Source: an uncultured delta proteobacterium (lineage in GTDB: Bacteria; Desulfobacterota; Binatia; UBA9968). Taken from it: a stretch of 64,000 nucleotides of DNA. Positions within the stretch are counted from its first letter, which is position 1. Every line of letters starts with the position of its first letter. The notes under the pieces are model-generated. The model did not search any database, was not told where the DNA came from, and was given only the letters and a program-made list of their open reading frames with translations. Location: the NCBI GenBank assembly GCA_963847445.1, contig CAWJZV010000026.1, positions 64,001 through 128,000 of the forward strand. Reading direction: 5' to 3'. Shown here one piece after another: positions 40,011-50,002 of the stretch. The position numbers and the translations under genes are program-made.

Positions 40011-40860
40011 ATGGAATCCACAATCCGCCAGATCAGCAAATCCGTCTACGCTGTCATCGGCCCCGAAGGCGCTACCAACTTCACTATCGTCAAGGGCAGC
40101 GACGGCAGCGCCGCGCTCATTGACGCCGATATTCGCCGCATCGACGAAGTCGAAGAAGCGCTGCGGCTCACCGGCTGCGCCCGAGTCGGTTACCTGATCG
40201 ACACCCATGAGCATTTCGACCACACCTCGGCGAATTTTTACTTCGCGCAAAAACAAATTCCGATTGTTGCCAGCGCCGGCTGCGTGCAGGCGATGCAGGA
40301 GGATGGCGCAGCCGACTTCGCGCGCATGCTCAAGCCCGTACCCGAACTTTACGAACGGTTTCCCGGGCTGTGTCTGACCCTGCCCGATGTGGTCTTCGAC
40401 TCAACCACTCAACTGAAACTGCCGGACGTGACATTGGATTTGGTTTACCGGGCGGAGAACGGCCACAGCCATAGCAAGGGTGACACGACCATCTATTTTC
40501 ACGAAGAAGAAGTCTTCATCGCCGGCGATTTGCTCTACACCGAAGTTCATCCAGTGACCTTCTTCGGCAATATTCCCAACTGGCTGACCGCGTTAAAGCC
40601 GCTCTTCGATTGCCGCTACAAACAATTGATTCCCGGTCATGGACCTGCCGTCGAAGGCGAGCAGTCCGGCAGGACCTACTTCAAGCGTATGCACGATTAT
40701 CTTGAAGACTTTTACGGCCATCTCTTGGAGATCGATTCTGGGCGCACAAGTCGCGAAGAAGTCGCGCGTCATATGCAAAGCGGCGCATTACGCCAAGCTT
40801 GGCAAAACGCGCATGGTGGAACGCAACATCAATCAGTTTCTCACCGGAAGGTGGTTTTAG
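40011..40860 (+). CDS. Metallo-beta-lactamase-fold hydrolase (+1 frameshift near 40784)
   Basis: THEHFDH, HSKGD, IAGDL, IPGHG; repaired stop abuts next ATG. Confidence 0.9.
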
Positions 40861-41838
40861 ATGAAGCTGACAGCCGTCCTCGTCACTGCACTCGCGCTGG
40901 TATTTGCCGGCAATAGATTACAGGCCGCCGAAAAGCTCCGCGCCGCTTACCCAGCCATCGCGCCCGGCTCGACTCCCTCTTGGGTAACGGCGGAAAGGGG
41001 CATCTGGCGCAAGTACGGCTTCGACGTGGAGCCCATTCTCGTAAGCGGCGGCGCCCGCGCCGTGCCGGCCTTGATCGGCAACAGCGTGCAATTTCTCATC
41101 GGCTCGGATACCGGTGTGACTACGGCGCAGCTGCAAGGAATCCCTATCGTCCGGCTCGGAGTGACCATGAATACCCTGGGCTCCTCGCTGCTGACGCAGC
41201 CAAGTGTCCAATCGATTCAAGACTTGAAAGGAAAGATTCTCGGTATCTCGCGCGGGCGCGACGCCAGTTATATTCGTTTGGCCAAGTTGCTGCGCGATCA
41301 CGGCCTCGACCCCAACCAAGACGTAAAATTTCTCTCTATCGGCGGCGGTGAGGGCGGCCGGCTGTCGGCGCTAAAAGCGGGAGTCATTCACGGCACCATG
41401 CTGTTCCCACCGCTGGATTTGATCGCCAGAAATGACGGACTGAAAGTCCTCAGCAAATTCGATGTGCCGACGCCGGGCGGCGGCATCAGCACGAGCGCCG
41501 CGCTGCTCAAGCAGAACCGCCCGCTGGTGTTGAACTTTCTCAAAGGCTACATCGAAGGCATCCACTACATGATCGGCCACAAGCCGGAGAGTCTGAAAAT
41601 TCTCCAGCGTTATTTTCAAAACTCCGACCTGGCAGCGATGGGCTACCTTTACGACGAGACCACACGCCGGCTGGAAAAAGAACTGCGCGCCAGCCCGGAG
41701 TCGATTGCCTTCCATTACGACATGGCCGCCCAAGACGACCCACGCGCCAAGCAGGCGACAGAGAAAACTTTCTGGGATAGCAGCTTAGTCGATGAGATTC
41801 GCCGGTCCGGTTTCGTTGCGCAGCTATACAAGAATTGA
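40861..41838 (+). CDS. NMT1/SsuA-like substrate-binding protein
   Basis: Signal peptide, ERGIWRKYGFDVE, DLKGKILGI, DEIRRSGF. Confidence 0.9.
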   Translation: MKLTAVLVTALALVFAGNRLQAAEKLRAAYPAIAPGSTPSWVTAERGIWRKYGFDVEPILVSGGARAVPALIGNSVQFLIGSDTGVTTAQLQGIPIVRLGVTMNTLGSSLLTQPSVQSIQDLKGKILGISRGRDASYIRLAKLLRDHGLDPNQDVKFLSIGGGEGGRLSALKAGVIHGTMLFPPLDLIARNDGLKVLSKFDVPTPGGGISTSAALLKQNRPLVLNFLKGYIEGIHYMIGHKPESLKILQRYFQNSDLAAMGYLYDETTRRLEKELRASPESIAFHYDMAAQDDPRAKQATEKTFWDSSLVDEIRRSGFVAQLYKN

Positions 41839-41842
41839 GACT

Positions 41843-41912
41843 GGTAAGGGGTAAAGGGTGAGGCGTAAGGCGTCCGTCCATCCGAAACGCCTAACCCCTA
41901 CTACGCCTAACG
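41843..41912. repeat. 7-bp period palindrome between convergent stops (possible bidirectional terminator)
   Basis: GTAAGGG/GTGAGGC/GTAAGGC ... TCCGAAA ... CGCCTAA/CCCCTAC/CGCCTAA. Confidence 0.8.
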
Positions 41913-41915
41913 GCT

Positions 41916-42899
41916 TTACTTCTTATAGAGTTGTTCCAAAAACCCCGAGCGCTGGATCTCGTCGATCAAGCTTAGATCCCAATTATCTTTCTCGGTCAGC
42001 TTCTTCGCCTGCGGAAAATCGAGGGCGGCCAGCTCCAGCAACGCGCGCACCGCATCCGATTGCGGACGCAAATCTTTTTCCGCGCGGGTGGAAATTTCTT
42101 CGTAGAGATAGGCCATGATTTCGAGATCGGGGTTGCGCACGTACTTGGCAAAAATCTTTAAGCTCTCGTTCCTGTTCGCCTTCAAGTAGTGAATCCCTTC
42201 CATATAGCCGCGCATGAATCGCAACGCTTGCGGCCGGTTCTTTTGCACGAATGCAGGCGTCGTGTTGATACCGCCGCCAACGTTGGCGACATCGAGGCGC
42301 GAGAGAATGCTCATGCCCGACTTCTCGGAAATCTTATCCGAAGGCGGCGTGAACATGGTCGCGTGAATCACGCCGCTGGACAGCGCCGCCACCCGCGCTG
42401 CCGGGCCGCCGTCGCCCACCGACAGAAACGTCACATCTTTCGCAGCGTCCATGCCGTTGTCGCGCAGCAGTTTGACGACCCGTGCATAGGCGGCGTCGCG
42501 CCCGGGTGTGATGCCGATGATCTTACCCTTGAGATCCCGAACGGTTTTGATCCCGGGCTGAACGATCATGGAATATCCCAAGGTGTTAGTGGTCACGCCA
42601 ACCCGCGTCAAACTCGCTCCCTGGATAATCCCTGTAGTGATTCCCAGGTCCGAGCCAAGAATGACGTCGACACTGCCACCGATCAACGCGGCGACCGTTC
42701 TCCCGCCGCCGCGCAGAAAGATCAGCTCGACGTCAAGACCGTGCTTTTTCCAAAAGCCCTTGTCGGCGGTTACCCAAGATGCGGCAAACCCAGTGGCAAG
42801 CGACGGGTAACCGACACGCACGATATCCGCGCTCCACAGCCTCGATGTCGGCAAGAGGAACCACGCGAACACAAGAAATCCGATTGACAGTGATTTCAT
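41916..42899 (-). CDS. NMT1/SsuA-like substrate-binding protein, close paralog of 40861-41838
   Basis: SWVTADKGFWKKHGLDVE, GSDLGITT, NTLG, GRDAAYAR, DEIQRSGF. Confidence 0.9.
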   Translation of the reverse strand: MKSLSIGFLVFAWFLLPTSRLWSADIVRVGYPSLATGFAASWVTADKGFWKKHGLDVELIFLRGGGRTVAALIGGSVDVILGSDLGITTGIIQGASLTRVGVTTNTLGYSMIVQPGIKTVRDLKGKIIGITPGRDAAYARVVKLLRDNGMDAAKDVTFLSVGDGGPAARVAALSSGVIHATMFTPPSDKISEKSGMSILSRLDVANVGGGINTTPAFVQKNRPQALRFMRGYMEGIHYLKANRNESLKIFAKYVRNPDLEIMAYLYEEISTRAEKDLRPQSDAVRALLELAALDFPQAKKLTEKDNWDLSLIDEIQRSGFLEQLYKK

Positions 42900-42948
42900 T
42901 GAAACTCCATTCGCTAAAACAAATTCACGCCCAATATCACGCCGGGCC

Positions 42949-42998
42949 TCCGAAGTCCGAGCGACTTGAATTTTGAACGGCTTGAACGTTTTGAACGC
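42949..42998. repeat. TTGAAC half element
   Basis: TCCGAAGTCCGA then 4 TTGAA(C) units. Confidence 0.8.
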
Positions 42999-43248
42999 CG
43001 AGCCTTCGGAAGTTACCCCTAGCTAACACCCGCGCCGGAACCTGTCAAATAAACAAGGTATTTCGCGTACGGGGTCTTAACCCCGCATGCGACCAAAGGG
43101 GATGCACGCCCGCTTTGGATCCCCCATTTGATGGTGCCCGCAGCAGGCTGCGGGGAACGTTTAGATTTAACAGCCAGCGCGCAATTTGACATCGGCAAGG
43201 CACAACGCGTAATTTCGACGAACCAAACTGTTGCCCGAGGGTGGAAAA

Positions 43249-43341
43249 GGTGAAGTAAGGAGTAAAAAGTTAGGAGTGAGGAGCTTTGATTGAAGAGCTC
43301 GGAATCCGCATCTCCTTACTTCTTACTATTCACTCCTTACC
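43249..43341. repeat. 7-bp period palindrome (GTAAGGA/TCCTTAC)
   Basis: GGTGAAGTAAGGAGTAAAAAGTTAGGAGTGAGGAG ... TCGGAATCCG ... CTCCTTACTTCTTACTATTCACTCCTTACC. Confidence 0.8.
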
Positions 43342-43356
43342 TGGAGTGTGCGATCA

Positions 43357-44883
43357 ATGAATATCGGCGAATCCTTAACCCGCAACGCCCAACACTTTCC
43401 CGACAAGCGCGCCATCGTCGACGCGCATAGGTCGGTAACCTATGTCGAATTGCACCAGCGCACCGATCGCTTGGCCAATTATCTGCTCGAACTAGGAGTC
43501 GGCCAAGGCGACCTGGTCGGTCTTTCGGTGGGCAGCCGGGCCGAGCACTTCGAAGCGCTCTTCGCCATTGCCAAGATCGGTGCCGTGGCGATTCCGTTCG
43601 ATTTCAATTGGAGCGCGCAAGAATGCGACGCCATGGTGCGCTTCTTTGCTCCCAAGGCGTTTTTCATCGAAGTACGCAAAGAGACCGAGGCCCTGCTGAG
43701 GCTGGCGCGCGGTGCCATCCCTGCCGAAATGCTCATCCTGATTGCCGATGGCGAACTCTACGACGGTATCGGTATGGAAAGCGCTGTCGAACTCGGCAAT
43801 CCCAGCGAGCCACAAACCATTGTCGATGGTAAGGATCCGTTCCTGCTGATGATCACCTCCGGGACCACGGGGTTTCCCAAAGCTTGCAGCATCAACCACG
43901 AAACTTACGCGCTGCGCTGCCTCAACTACAGCGTCAGCAAAGGCATGAACCACAACGAGCGCGCCTTGATGGCGCTACCGGTCCACTTCAATGCCGGCCG
44001 CGGCTCGGTGATGGCGATCCTGTATCTCGGCGGGACGATCATCATTCAAGAAAAGTTCGACGCCGAGAGATTCTTGCAAGCCATAGAGCGGGAGCAAATC
44101 ACCTACACCATGCTGGTGCCGGTACTATGCGAGCGCTTGCTGCGCTCCGAGCACTTGAACAAATATCGCACAACTTCGCTCCGCTTCCTCGGTATCACCG
44201 GCGGCCATCTTTCCCAAGAACTCGCGCGCGAAGCGCGCCAGCGCTTGAGCCCGGGTATCTTTGAAGCTTACGCCTCCACCGACTGCGGCCAGATCACCAC
44301 CGTCGACGCCGAGGACTGGGAAACCCACGGTGACACCGTGGGCAAACCGATCTGGTGTGTGCTGCTGCGCTTCGCCGACAATGACGGCCGCGAGGTGCCG
44401 CGCGGCGAGCCGGGAGAGATTTGCCTGCGCACGCCGCTTGCCATCCAAGGTTACTACCGAAACCCGACCGCGACGGACGAATTCTTGACTGGCGGCTGGT
44501 GCCACACCGGCGATATCGGATTTTTGGACCAAGAAGGCTACCTGCACATCTCCGGCCGCAAGAAGAACATGGTAAAGAGCGGCGGCATCAGCGTCTTTCC
44601 CGAAGAAATTGAAGACGCGCTGCGCCGGCATCCCGCGGTTGCGGAGGTGGCGGTGGTTGGGTTCGATAGTCAGCAGTGGGGCGAGGCGGTGCAAGCGTTC
44701 GTAGTTTTGAACCCCGGCGCCGATTGCATCGCAGACGAATTGATTCAATTCTGCAAACAGTCGCTGGCGCCGTATAAAGCGCCCAAAGCCGTGAAGTTTG
44801 TCGCCGCGCTGCCGCGCACCGGGCTCGGCAAGATCGATCGAGGCAAACTAGCGGCGCTGACAAACCAACTGGACGAGAATTGA
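43357..44883 (+). CDS. Acyl-CoA synthetase / class I adenylate-forming enzyme
   Basis: TSGTTGFPK, YASTD, GYYRNP, HTGDIG, GRKKNMVKSGG, LPRTGLGK. Confidence 0.93.
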   Translation: MNIGESLTRNAQHFPDKRAIVDAHRSVTYVELHQRTDRLANYLLELGVGQGDLVGLSVGSRAEHFEALFAIAKIGAVAIPFDFNWSAQECDAMVRFFAPKAFFIEVRKETEALLRLARGAIPAEMLILIADGELYDGIGMESAVELGNPSEPQTIVDGKDPFLLMITSGTTGFPKACSINHETYALRCLNYSVSKGMNHNERALMALPVHFNAGRGSVMAILYLGGTIIIQEKFDAERFLQAIEREQITYTMLVPVLCERLLRSEHLNKYRTTSLRFLGITGGHLSQELAREARQRLSPGIFEAYASTDCGQITTVDAEDWETHGDTVGKPIWCVLLRFADNDGREVPRGEPGEICLRTPLAIQGYYRNPTATDEFLTGGWCHTGDIGFLDQEGYLHISGRKKNMVKSGGISVFPEEIEDALRRHPAVAEVAVVGFDSQQWGEAVQAFVVLNPGADCIADELIQFCKQSLAPYKAPKAVKFVAALPRTGLGKIDRGKLAALTNQLDEN

Positions 44884-44895
44884 AAGAATACTGAG

Positions 44896-46152
44896 ATGAC
44901 CGCGGATATGATCGCCGACCTGATCGAAGATATTACGACTCACCCTTACGGCATGCCGGTGCGCGCCATGGAGCGGCTGATAGAGATCGGCGCCGACACG
45001 GTGCAACCCCTCTGCGATGCGCTCGAACGCTGGCAAGACGACGACTCCCGCGACATCGTGTGGCTGATAGTTCTTTTGGGCGAACTGCGCAGCCCCGCAG
45101 GTATTACCGCTCTGGGTCAGCAGATAACCCGTACCGGTTTCGATTTTCTCGCCACCGCCGCCGCGGAAGCGCTGGTGAAGATCGGCAAACCGGCGCTCCC
45201 CGCGGCGCTTAATCTCGCCGGCGATCCCGAAGCTGAAGTGCGCATGCACGCCTACGCGATTTTGGGCTGGATGAACGACGACGAAAGTCATTCGGCGTTA
45301 ATGGCGGCATTAGCTCACGACCAGGAATTGGCCGACGTGATTGCCCAAGCCTTATCCGAACAGGGACGAGCCGCAGCGCTGCCGGCCATTTATGCTGCTT
45401 ACCAGGTCGCTGAACCGAGTCTGAGATTCGCCTTAGAAGATGCGATGCAGTCACTCCGGCAAAACTGGCACTTGCCTTTCCAATGGCAGAGAAACTGGCG
45501 CCTGCGCTATCGCGCGACTCCCCTGTGGGGCGGATTCGAACCGACCTGGCTGTTCGTGTCGACGATTCAGCGCCGCCATCGAGCAAAAATGCCAGTCGTG
45601 GAAGCAGAACCGCTACGCACGTTCGAGGAGATTCTTGGCGAGCCGTGGCAATCCGATCCAAGCGAAGAAGCTTGCGAACACTGCGGCGCGCCGATCGAAT
45701 ATCCCACCGGCATACCGGTATGCCCTGAGTCCGCCCTGGGCGCGGTGCTTCATCAAACACGAATCCTGCAAGAATACCGCGATGACGCCCTGGACGATTT
45801 GTTCGACGTGCTGGACGAAGTTGAAGATCAGATGTGGGAGATCGAGGAATCGCCGGAGCCGAAGAGCGCGAAAGCGCGCGAGCAACGCCAAGGTACCGAC
45901 GACGATCTGGCCATCGAGCGGCAAACCTGCGTCTACCTCATCGAACAGGGCGTCGAGAACATCGGCGCGGGCAAGGCGTTCTTACTCGCCGAAGCCGGGC
46001 GCTTGGCCCATCTCTACGGCGACCCGCAGGGATTCTTCCGGCCCGCCACGCAAGTGCCGGAACGCAAAGTGAAGACCGGCCGAAACGACCCCTGCCCCTG
46101 TGGATCTGGAAAGAAATACAAGCGTTGCTGCATTACGAAAGCGTCTGACTGA
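44896..46152 (+). CDS. HEAT-repeat protein with internal CxxC and C-terminal SEC-C motif
   Basis: AAEALVKIG..VRMHAYAILG, CEHCG..VCP, GRNDPCPCGSGKKYKRCC. Confidence 0.88.
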   Translation: MTADMIADLIEDITTHPYGMPVRAMERLIEIGADTVQPLCDALERWQDDDSRDIVWLIVLLGELRSPAGITALGQQITRTGFDFLATAAAEALVKIGKPALPAALNLAGDPEAEVRMHAYAILGWMNDDESHSALMAALAHDQELADVIAQALSEQGRAAALPAIYAAYQVAEPSLRFALEDAMQSLRQNWHLPFQWQRNWRLRYRATPLWGGFEPTWLFVSTIQRRHRAKMPVVEAEPLRTFEEILGEPWQSDPSEEACEHCGAPIEYPTGIPVCPESALGAVLHQTRILQEYRDDALDDLFDVLDEVEDQMWEIEESPEPKSAKAREQRQGTDDDLAIERQTCVYLIEQGVENIGAGKAFLLAEAGRLAHLYGDPQGFFRPATQVPERKVKTGRNDPCPCGSGKKYKRCCITKASD

Positions 46153-46304
46153 CTCGGCGCGAACCGAAACCGACATGCGGATTATCGCGCGCTAAGACCA
46201 AACGCAGGGGGGGCACGATACGCGCTTGTCTGGCAAAGCGGTGCTCGCCTCGCCACAGAGTTTGTGCGCTAACAATAGTGCTCTGGCGAGAGGATGGGTT
46301 ACCG

Positions 46305-46670
46305 TTAGGCAAACAGTACGACCATTTTCATGATCAGCAGCACAGCCAGGATTGAATAGACACACGCAATAATCGTCAACCCATGAACGACCACCGCCTC
46401 CACCCGTTTGCGCAGCATGAAGATTAGGATCACCAAGATGCAGCCGATCGCTTTGCTATAGAGCAATCCACCGAAGACACCCCAATGGGCGATGTAGGTG
46501 GCCACCACCGGATTTTCTTCCGGCACACCGGCGGAGAGAATGTGATAGGACGCCAGTCCATCGACGATCTGCAGCAATATGTTGGCGATGGCCAGGGTGA
46601 CAATCGCACCCTGCCTCATTTGAGACTGCCCTTTGACTGAACCAACGCTAGGATTCACGCGAGTGTTCAT
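46305..46670 (-). CDS. Small membrane protein, DUF5658-like (start may be 46619)
   Basis: LQIVDGLASY..G..EENP motif and three hydrophobic segments. Confidence 0.75.
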   Translation of the reverse strand: MNTRVNPSVGSVKGQSQMRQGAIVTLAIANILLQIVDGLASYHILSAGVPEENPVVATYIAHWGVFGGLLYSKAIGCILVILIFMLRKRVEAVVVHGLTIIACVYSILAVLLIMKMVVLFA

Positions 46671-46945
46671 TGCTAGAGCGGTGCCGGAACCCTTTTGGCG
46701 CAGGATAAGGATTCACATTCTTAGAAGCTCCCACAGGGGCCAAGCGGATTTGCCTGCAAGCAGCATGACACCTTGGCACCGGGCACGGCCGACCTAAACC
46801 GCGTGACGCTCGCTGCGTGCACTGGTTAATGGGGATTTTGTCGACGAAATGAGAGTTTACGGAGCGTTCGACAAAATTTTGTTTGACCGCTTCAGGCTTG
46901 GATTGGTAGAAAGGGGCAATCACTCTCGTTAGTAAGGAGACTGCT

Positions 46946-48076
46946 ATGAGCGAAGGCAACCTACCGAAATTTGGCATCAGCAAGAACGTGAAACTGATTG
47001 GCCGCACCGACCTAGCCGGCGGCGGCCAAGTCGTCGTCGAGAACGGCTACGCTTACGTCGGCCACATGGACGCGCCCCATGGCACGACGATCCTCGATGT
47101 CAAAGATCCCAAGCAGCCGAAAGTCATCGCCGAAGTCGAAATCCCCGAGGGCGTGCATTCGCACAAGGTGCGCGTCAGCGGCGATATCATGCTGGTGAAT
47201 CTGGAACGATACCGTGGCAAAGAAAGACCGCCGACGGGATTAAAGATTTACGACATTGCCGACCGCACAAAGCCGCGCGAGATCGCTTTTTATCAAACCA
47301 ACGGCGGCGTGCATCGCTTTACCTTCGACGGTCGTTACGCCTACCTGTCGGTGCATGTCGAAGGCTACATCGGCCGCATTCCGATTATTTTAGACGTCAA
47401 GGATCCGGCCAAGCCGGTAGAAGTGGGCCGCTGGTGGATGCCAGGGCAATGGACCGCCGGCGGCGAGAAGCCTACTTGGGAAGGCACCGCACATCAGTGC
47501 CATCATCCGATCCGCTACGGCGACCGGCTCTACATCAGCTACTGGCACGGCGGTTTCGTGATTCTCGATATCGCCGACATGAGCAAACCGAAGTTTATCA
47601 GCGGCCTCAATTGGTCGCCGCCCTATCCTTCACCGATTCACACGACGTTGCCCATTCCATGGAAGCTCAAGGGCCGCGACATGATGGTGGTGGTCGACGA
47701 GGAGGCCGGCAAACGCGCGCCGACACCGCCGGCATTCATGTGGATGGTCGATATCACGGATGAAAAACAGCCGGTGTCGGTGTCGACCTTCAATCCCGAG
47801 GGCGCGTGGGATATCGCCCCTGGCAATCAATACGGCGCGCACCAACCGGCCGAGCAAGTCTACGACAACAAGATGTTCGTCACCTGGTTTAGCGGCGGCC
47901 TGCGCGTCGTCGATATTTCAAATCCATACAGCCTGCAAGAAATCGGCTACTACGTGCCCAATCCAGGGCGCGGCCAGAAGACCGTCAAAAGCAACGATGT
48001 CTATCGCGACGCCAACGGCTTGCTCTACTTGATCGACCGGCTCGACGGCTTGGAAATACTCGAGTACCAGAGCTGA
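46946..48076 (+). CDS. LVIVD-repeat beta-propeller protein
   Basis: AAGGAG RBS; repeats ILDVKDPKQP, IYDIADRTKP, ILDIADMSKP, GLRVVDISNP. Confidence 0.9.
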   Translation: MSEGNLPKFGISKNVKLIGRTDLAGGGQVVVENGYAYVGHMDAPHGTTILDVKDPKQPKVIAEVEIPEGVHSHKVRVSGDIMLVNLERYRGKERPPTGLKIYDIADRTKPREIAFYQTNGGVHRFTFDGRYAYLSVHVEGYIGRIPIILDVKDPAKPVEVGRWWMPGQWTAGGEKPTWEGTAHQCHHPIRYGDRLYISYWHGGFVILDIADMSKPKFISGLNWSPPYPSPIHTTLPIPWKLKGRDMMVVVDEEAGKRAPTPPAFMWMVDITDEKQPVSVSTFNPEGAWDIAPGNQYGAHQPAEQVYDNKMFVTWFSGGLRVVDISNPYSLQEIGYYVPNPGRGQKTVKSNDVYRDANGLLYLIDRLDGLEILEYQS

Positions 48077-48300
48077 CGATAAAGCGCAGGAATCATAGCC
48101 GGGCACGAAGCCGGCGGATAGAATTTCAATTGCAACCGCATCGGCGCAACGCCGTTGCCATCGAGGCTTGAGATTCCAATTCGCGAGGGATATGGTCGAA
48201 AGCAGTTCAACGCACCGCAGCTACAGCTTTCGTACCTCTAAGTTTTATTCACTCCGCCCAAGCTACTGCTTGCAGCTCGCGATGCCTGAGGTGTTCGGCC

Positions 48301-49897
48301 GTGACCAAGACATTTGTCACCATTGGCAAGACCGCGACGGAATCCATCGATACCGATCAGCCTGTCTGGGTGCTGTTACCGGAGACCATTCAGCCTGCGG
48401 TGGTATCGACTTACTCGCGCCAACTCCACGCTGGCTTGAAGGTGCTAGTGCGGCTCGGCAGCGCCAAAAACATCATCGAGGCGCACTGGCTGCCGCAATT
48501 GCACGCAGCCAACGAGAAGTCCGAATGACGCGAAGAGCGAACAGATCGCGGCTCTGCGACACCACGTCGCTGCTCTGGCGGGCGATGCACGCAAACGGGC
48601 GCAGATATTTCTCTCCTGTTTATCTAAGCAGCGACTGATCCGGCCGCCGCTCTATCCGATCTTGGAAAAACTTCGAGAAACAGCGCCGCTAACGGACAGA
48701 GATTTGACGCCGCTGGTCAACGCGCTCTGCGCCGCACTTAGAAAGAGCGGCGACGTGCCATCGGGCCAGAAGCAAAAGCTCCGAACCTACATTCACAGCG
48801 GCGCCTACGATAGCGAAACCATGCTCTGGCTCGCGCTCTGCGTCGATCCGCTTTTTGCCCTGCACCTGTGGCATGACAGCCTCGCAAACCAATTGCCGGA
48901 CCGCGCCGAAGAAGATCGCTCGCGCGACCAGGATGCGTTAGAATTAGAACGTGGTCTGCAACGGGCAGTGGAACATATCCGCGCGGGGACCCCTTGCGAC
49001 GATCGAGTTTGCCGCGCCGATTGGCACGCGTGGCTCGCCGACTTGGTCGGCTGCGAACCGCAAGCGCATTTTTTCGCGACGATCGGCGCGATCCATCCGG
49101 GACTCAATAAGAGCGGCTGTCTGAATTTCGATCGATCGAAAAGCTTTCACGATTTCGGCGAGACCGCTCCCCGATTCTTGACCCTCGACAAGCTCTCGCG
49201 CACCGTCACCGCATTGGACAGAACGCTGTCCCACCTGGCGGTGGTGTTCGCCGACGACGACACCGAGATGAAACAGTTATGTCAAGGACACCTCGTCCAC
49301 TCCGGGCTATTGATCAGAGGTCTGGTCGGCGAAAGCGAGGCGATCAAGACGCTCTACCCATTTCACGCGATGGCGATTCCTAACCAACCCGAACTCAGCG
49401 ATAGACTCATTGCTAAAGTTCGCGCCGCCTACGAGGACGGTTCGCTCGCGCGCACCTGCGCGGCACGTTACGCGATGCGCGCCGATGACCTCCGCAAGGG
49501 TATCGCAAAGGCGATATCGATCCAAAAACAACTATTGCAATTGGTGCCGATCGAAGTGCATCGCCTGGCTGATGCCATTGAAACCCGCGTTCGCCTGCGC
49601 AAAATCGCCGAGAGCTTAACGTCGCCCAATCATCGGCAACAGGCGTTCACGATCGAGGCGGCAATCCGCGCTCATGCCATGAGACAGCAGCAGCTCGGCA
49701 AGACTTTAAAGGCCGACTTTCGCATCGATCCTTCCAGACTATTTTCCCTCGACAATTTTCTGATCGACAGAATCAAAGCGCACTTCGGCAACGAGCTGGA
49801 ATTCATGCGCACGGTCTTAGCTCCCTACTTTGAGCGCAACCAGGCTGCCCAAACAATCCCAGTCGGCAACGGCCAGCCCTGGTATGGCGATCAATAG
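48301..49897 (+). CDS. Hypothetical protein of about 530 aa (two ORFs joined by a +1 frameshift near 48523)
   Basis: GAGGTG RBS before GTG 48301; the 48662 frame is open from 48449 with no start codon. Confidence 0.65.
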
Positions 49898-50002
49898 CTG
49901 ACCCTGGCATGGCGCCGAACGGCGACGCTCACAAACCGCCAACACGGAGTCAGATTCTTATCGCGCTCCGATGGTGATTGAAAAATAGCGAAAGGCGAAG
50001 CC

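Noticed and set aside
46755-46770. Sigma54 promoter (TGTCATG-N4-TTGCA, minus strand)
   Set aside because: The invariant GG at -24 is GT; insufficient support
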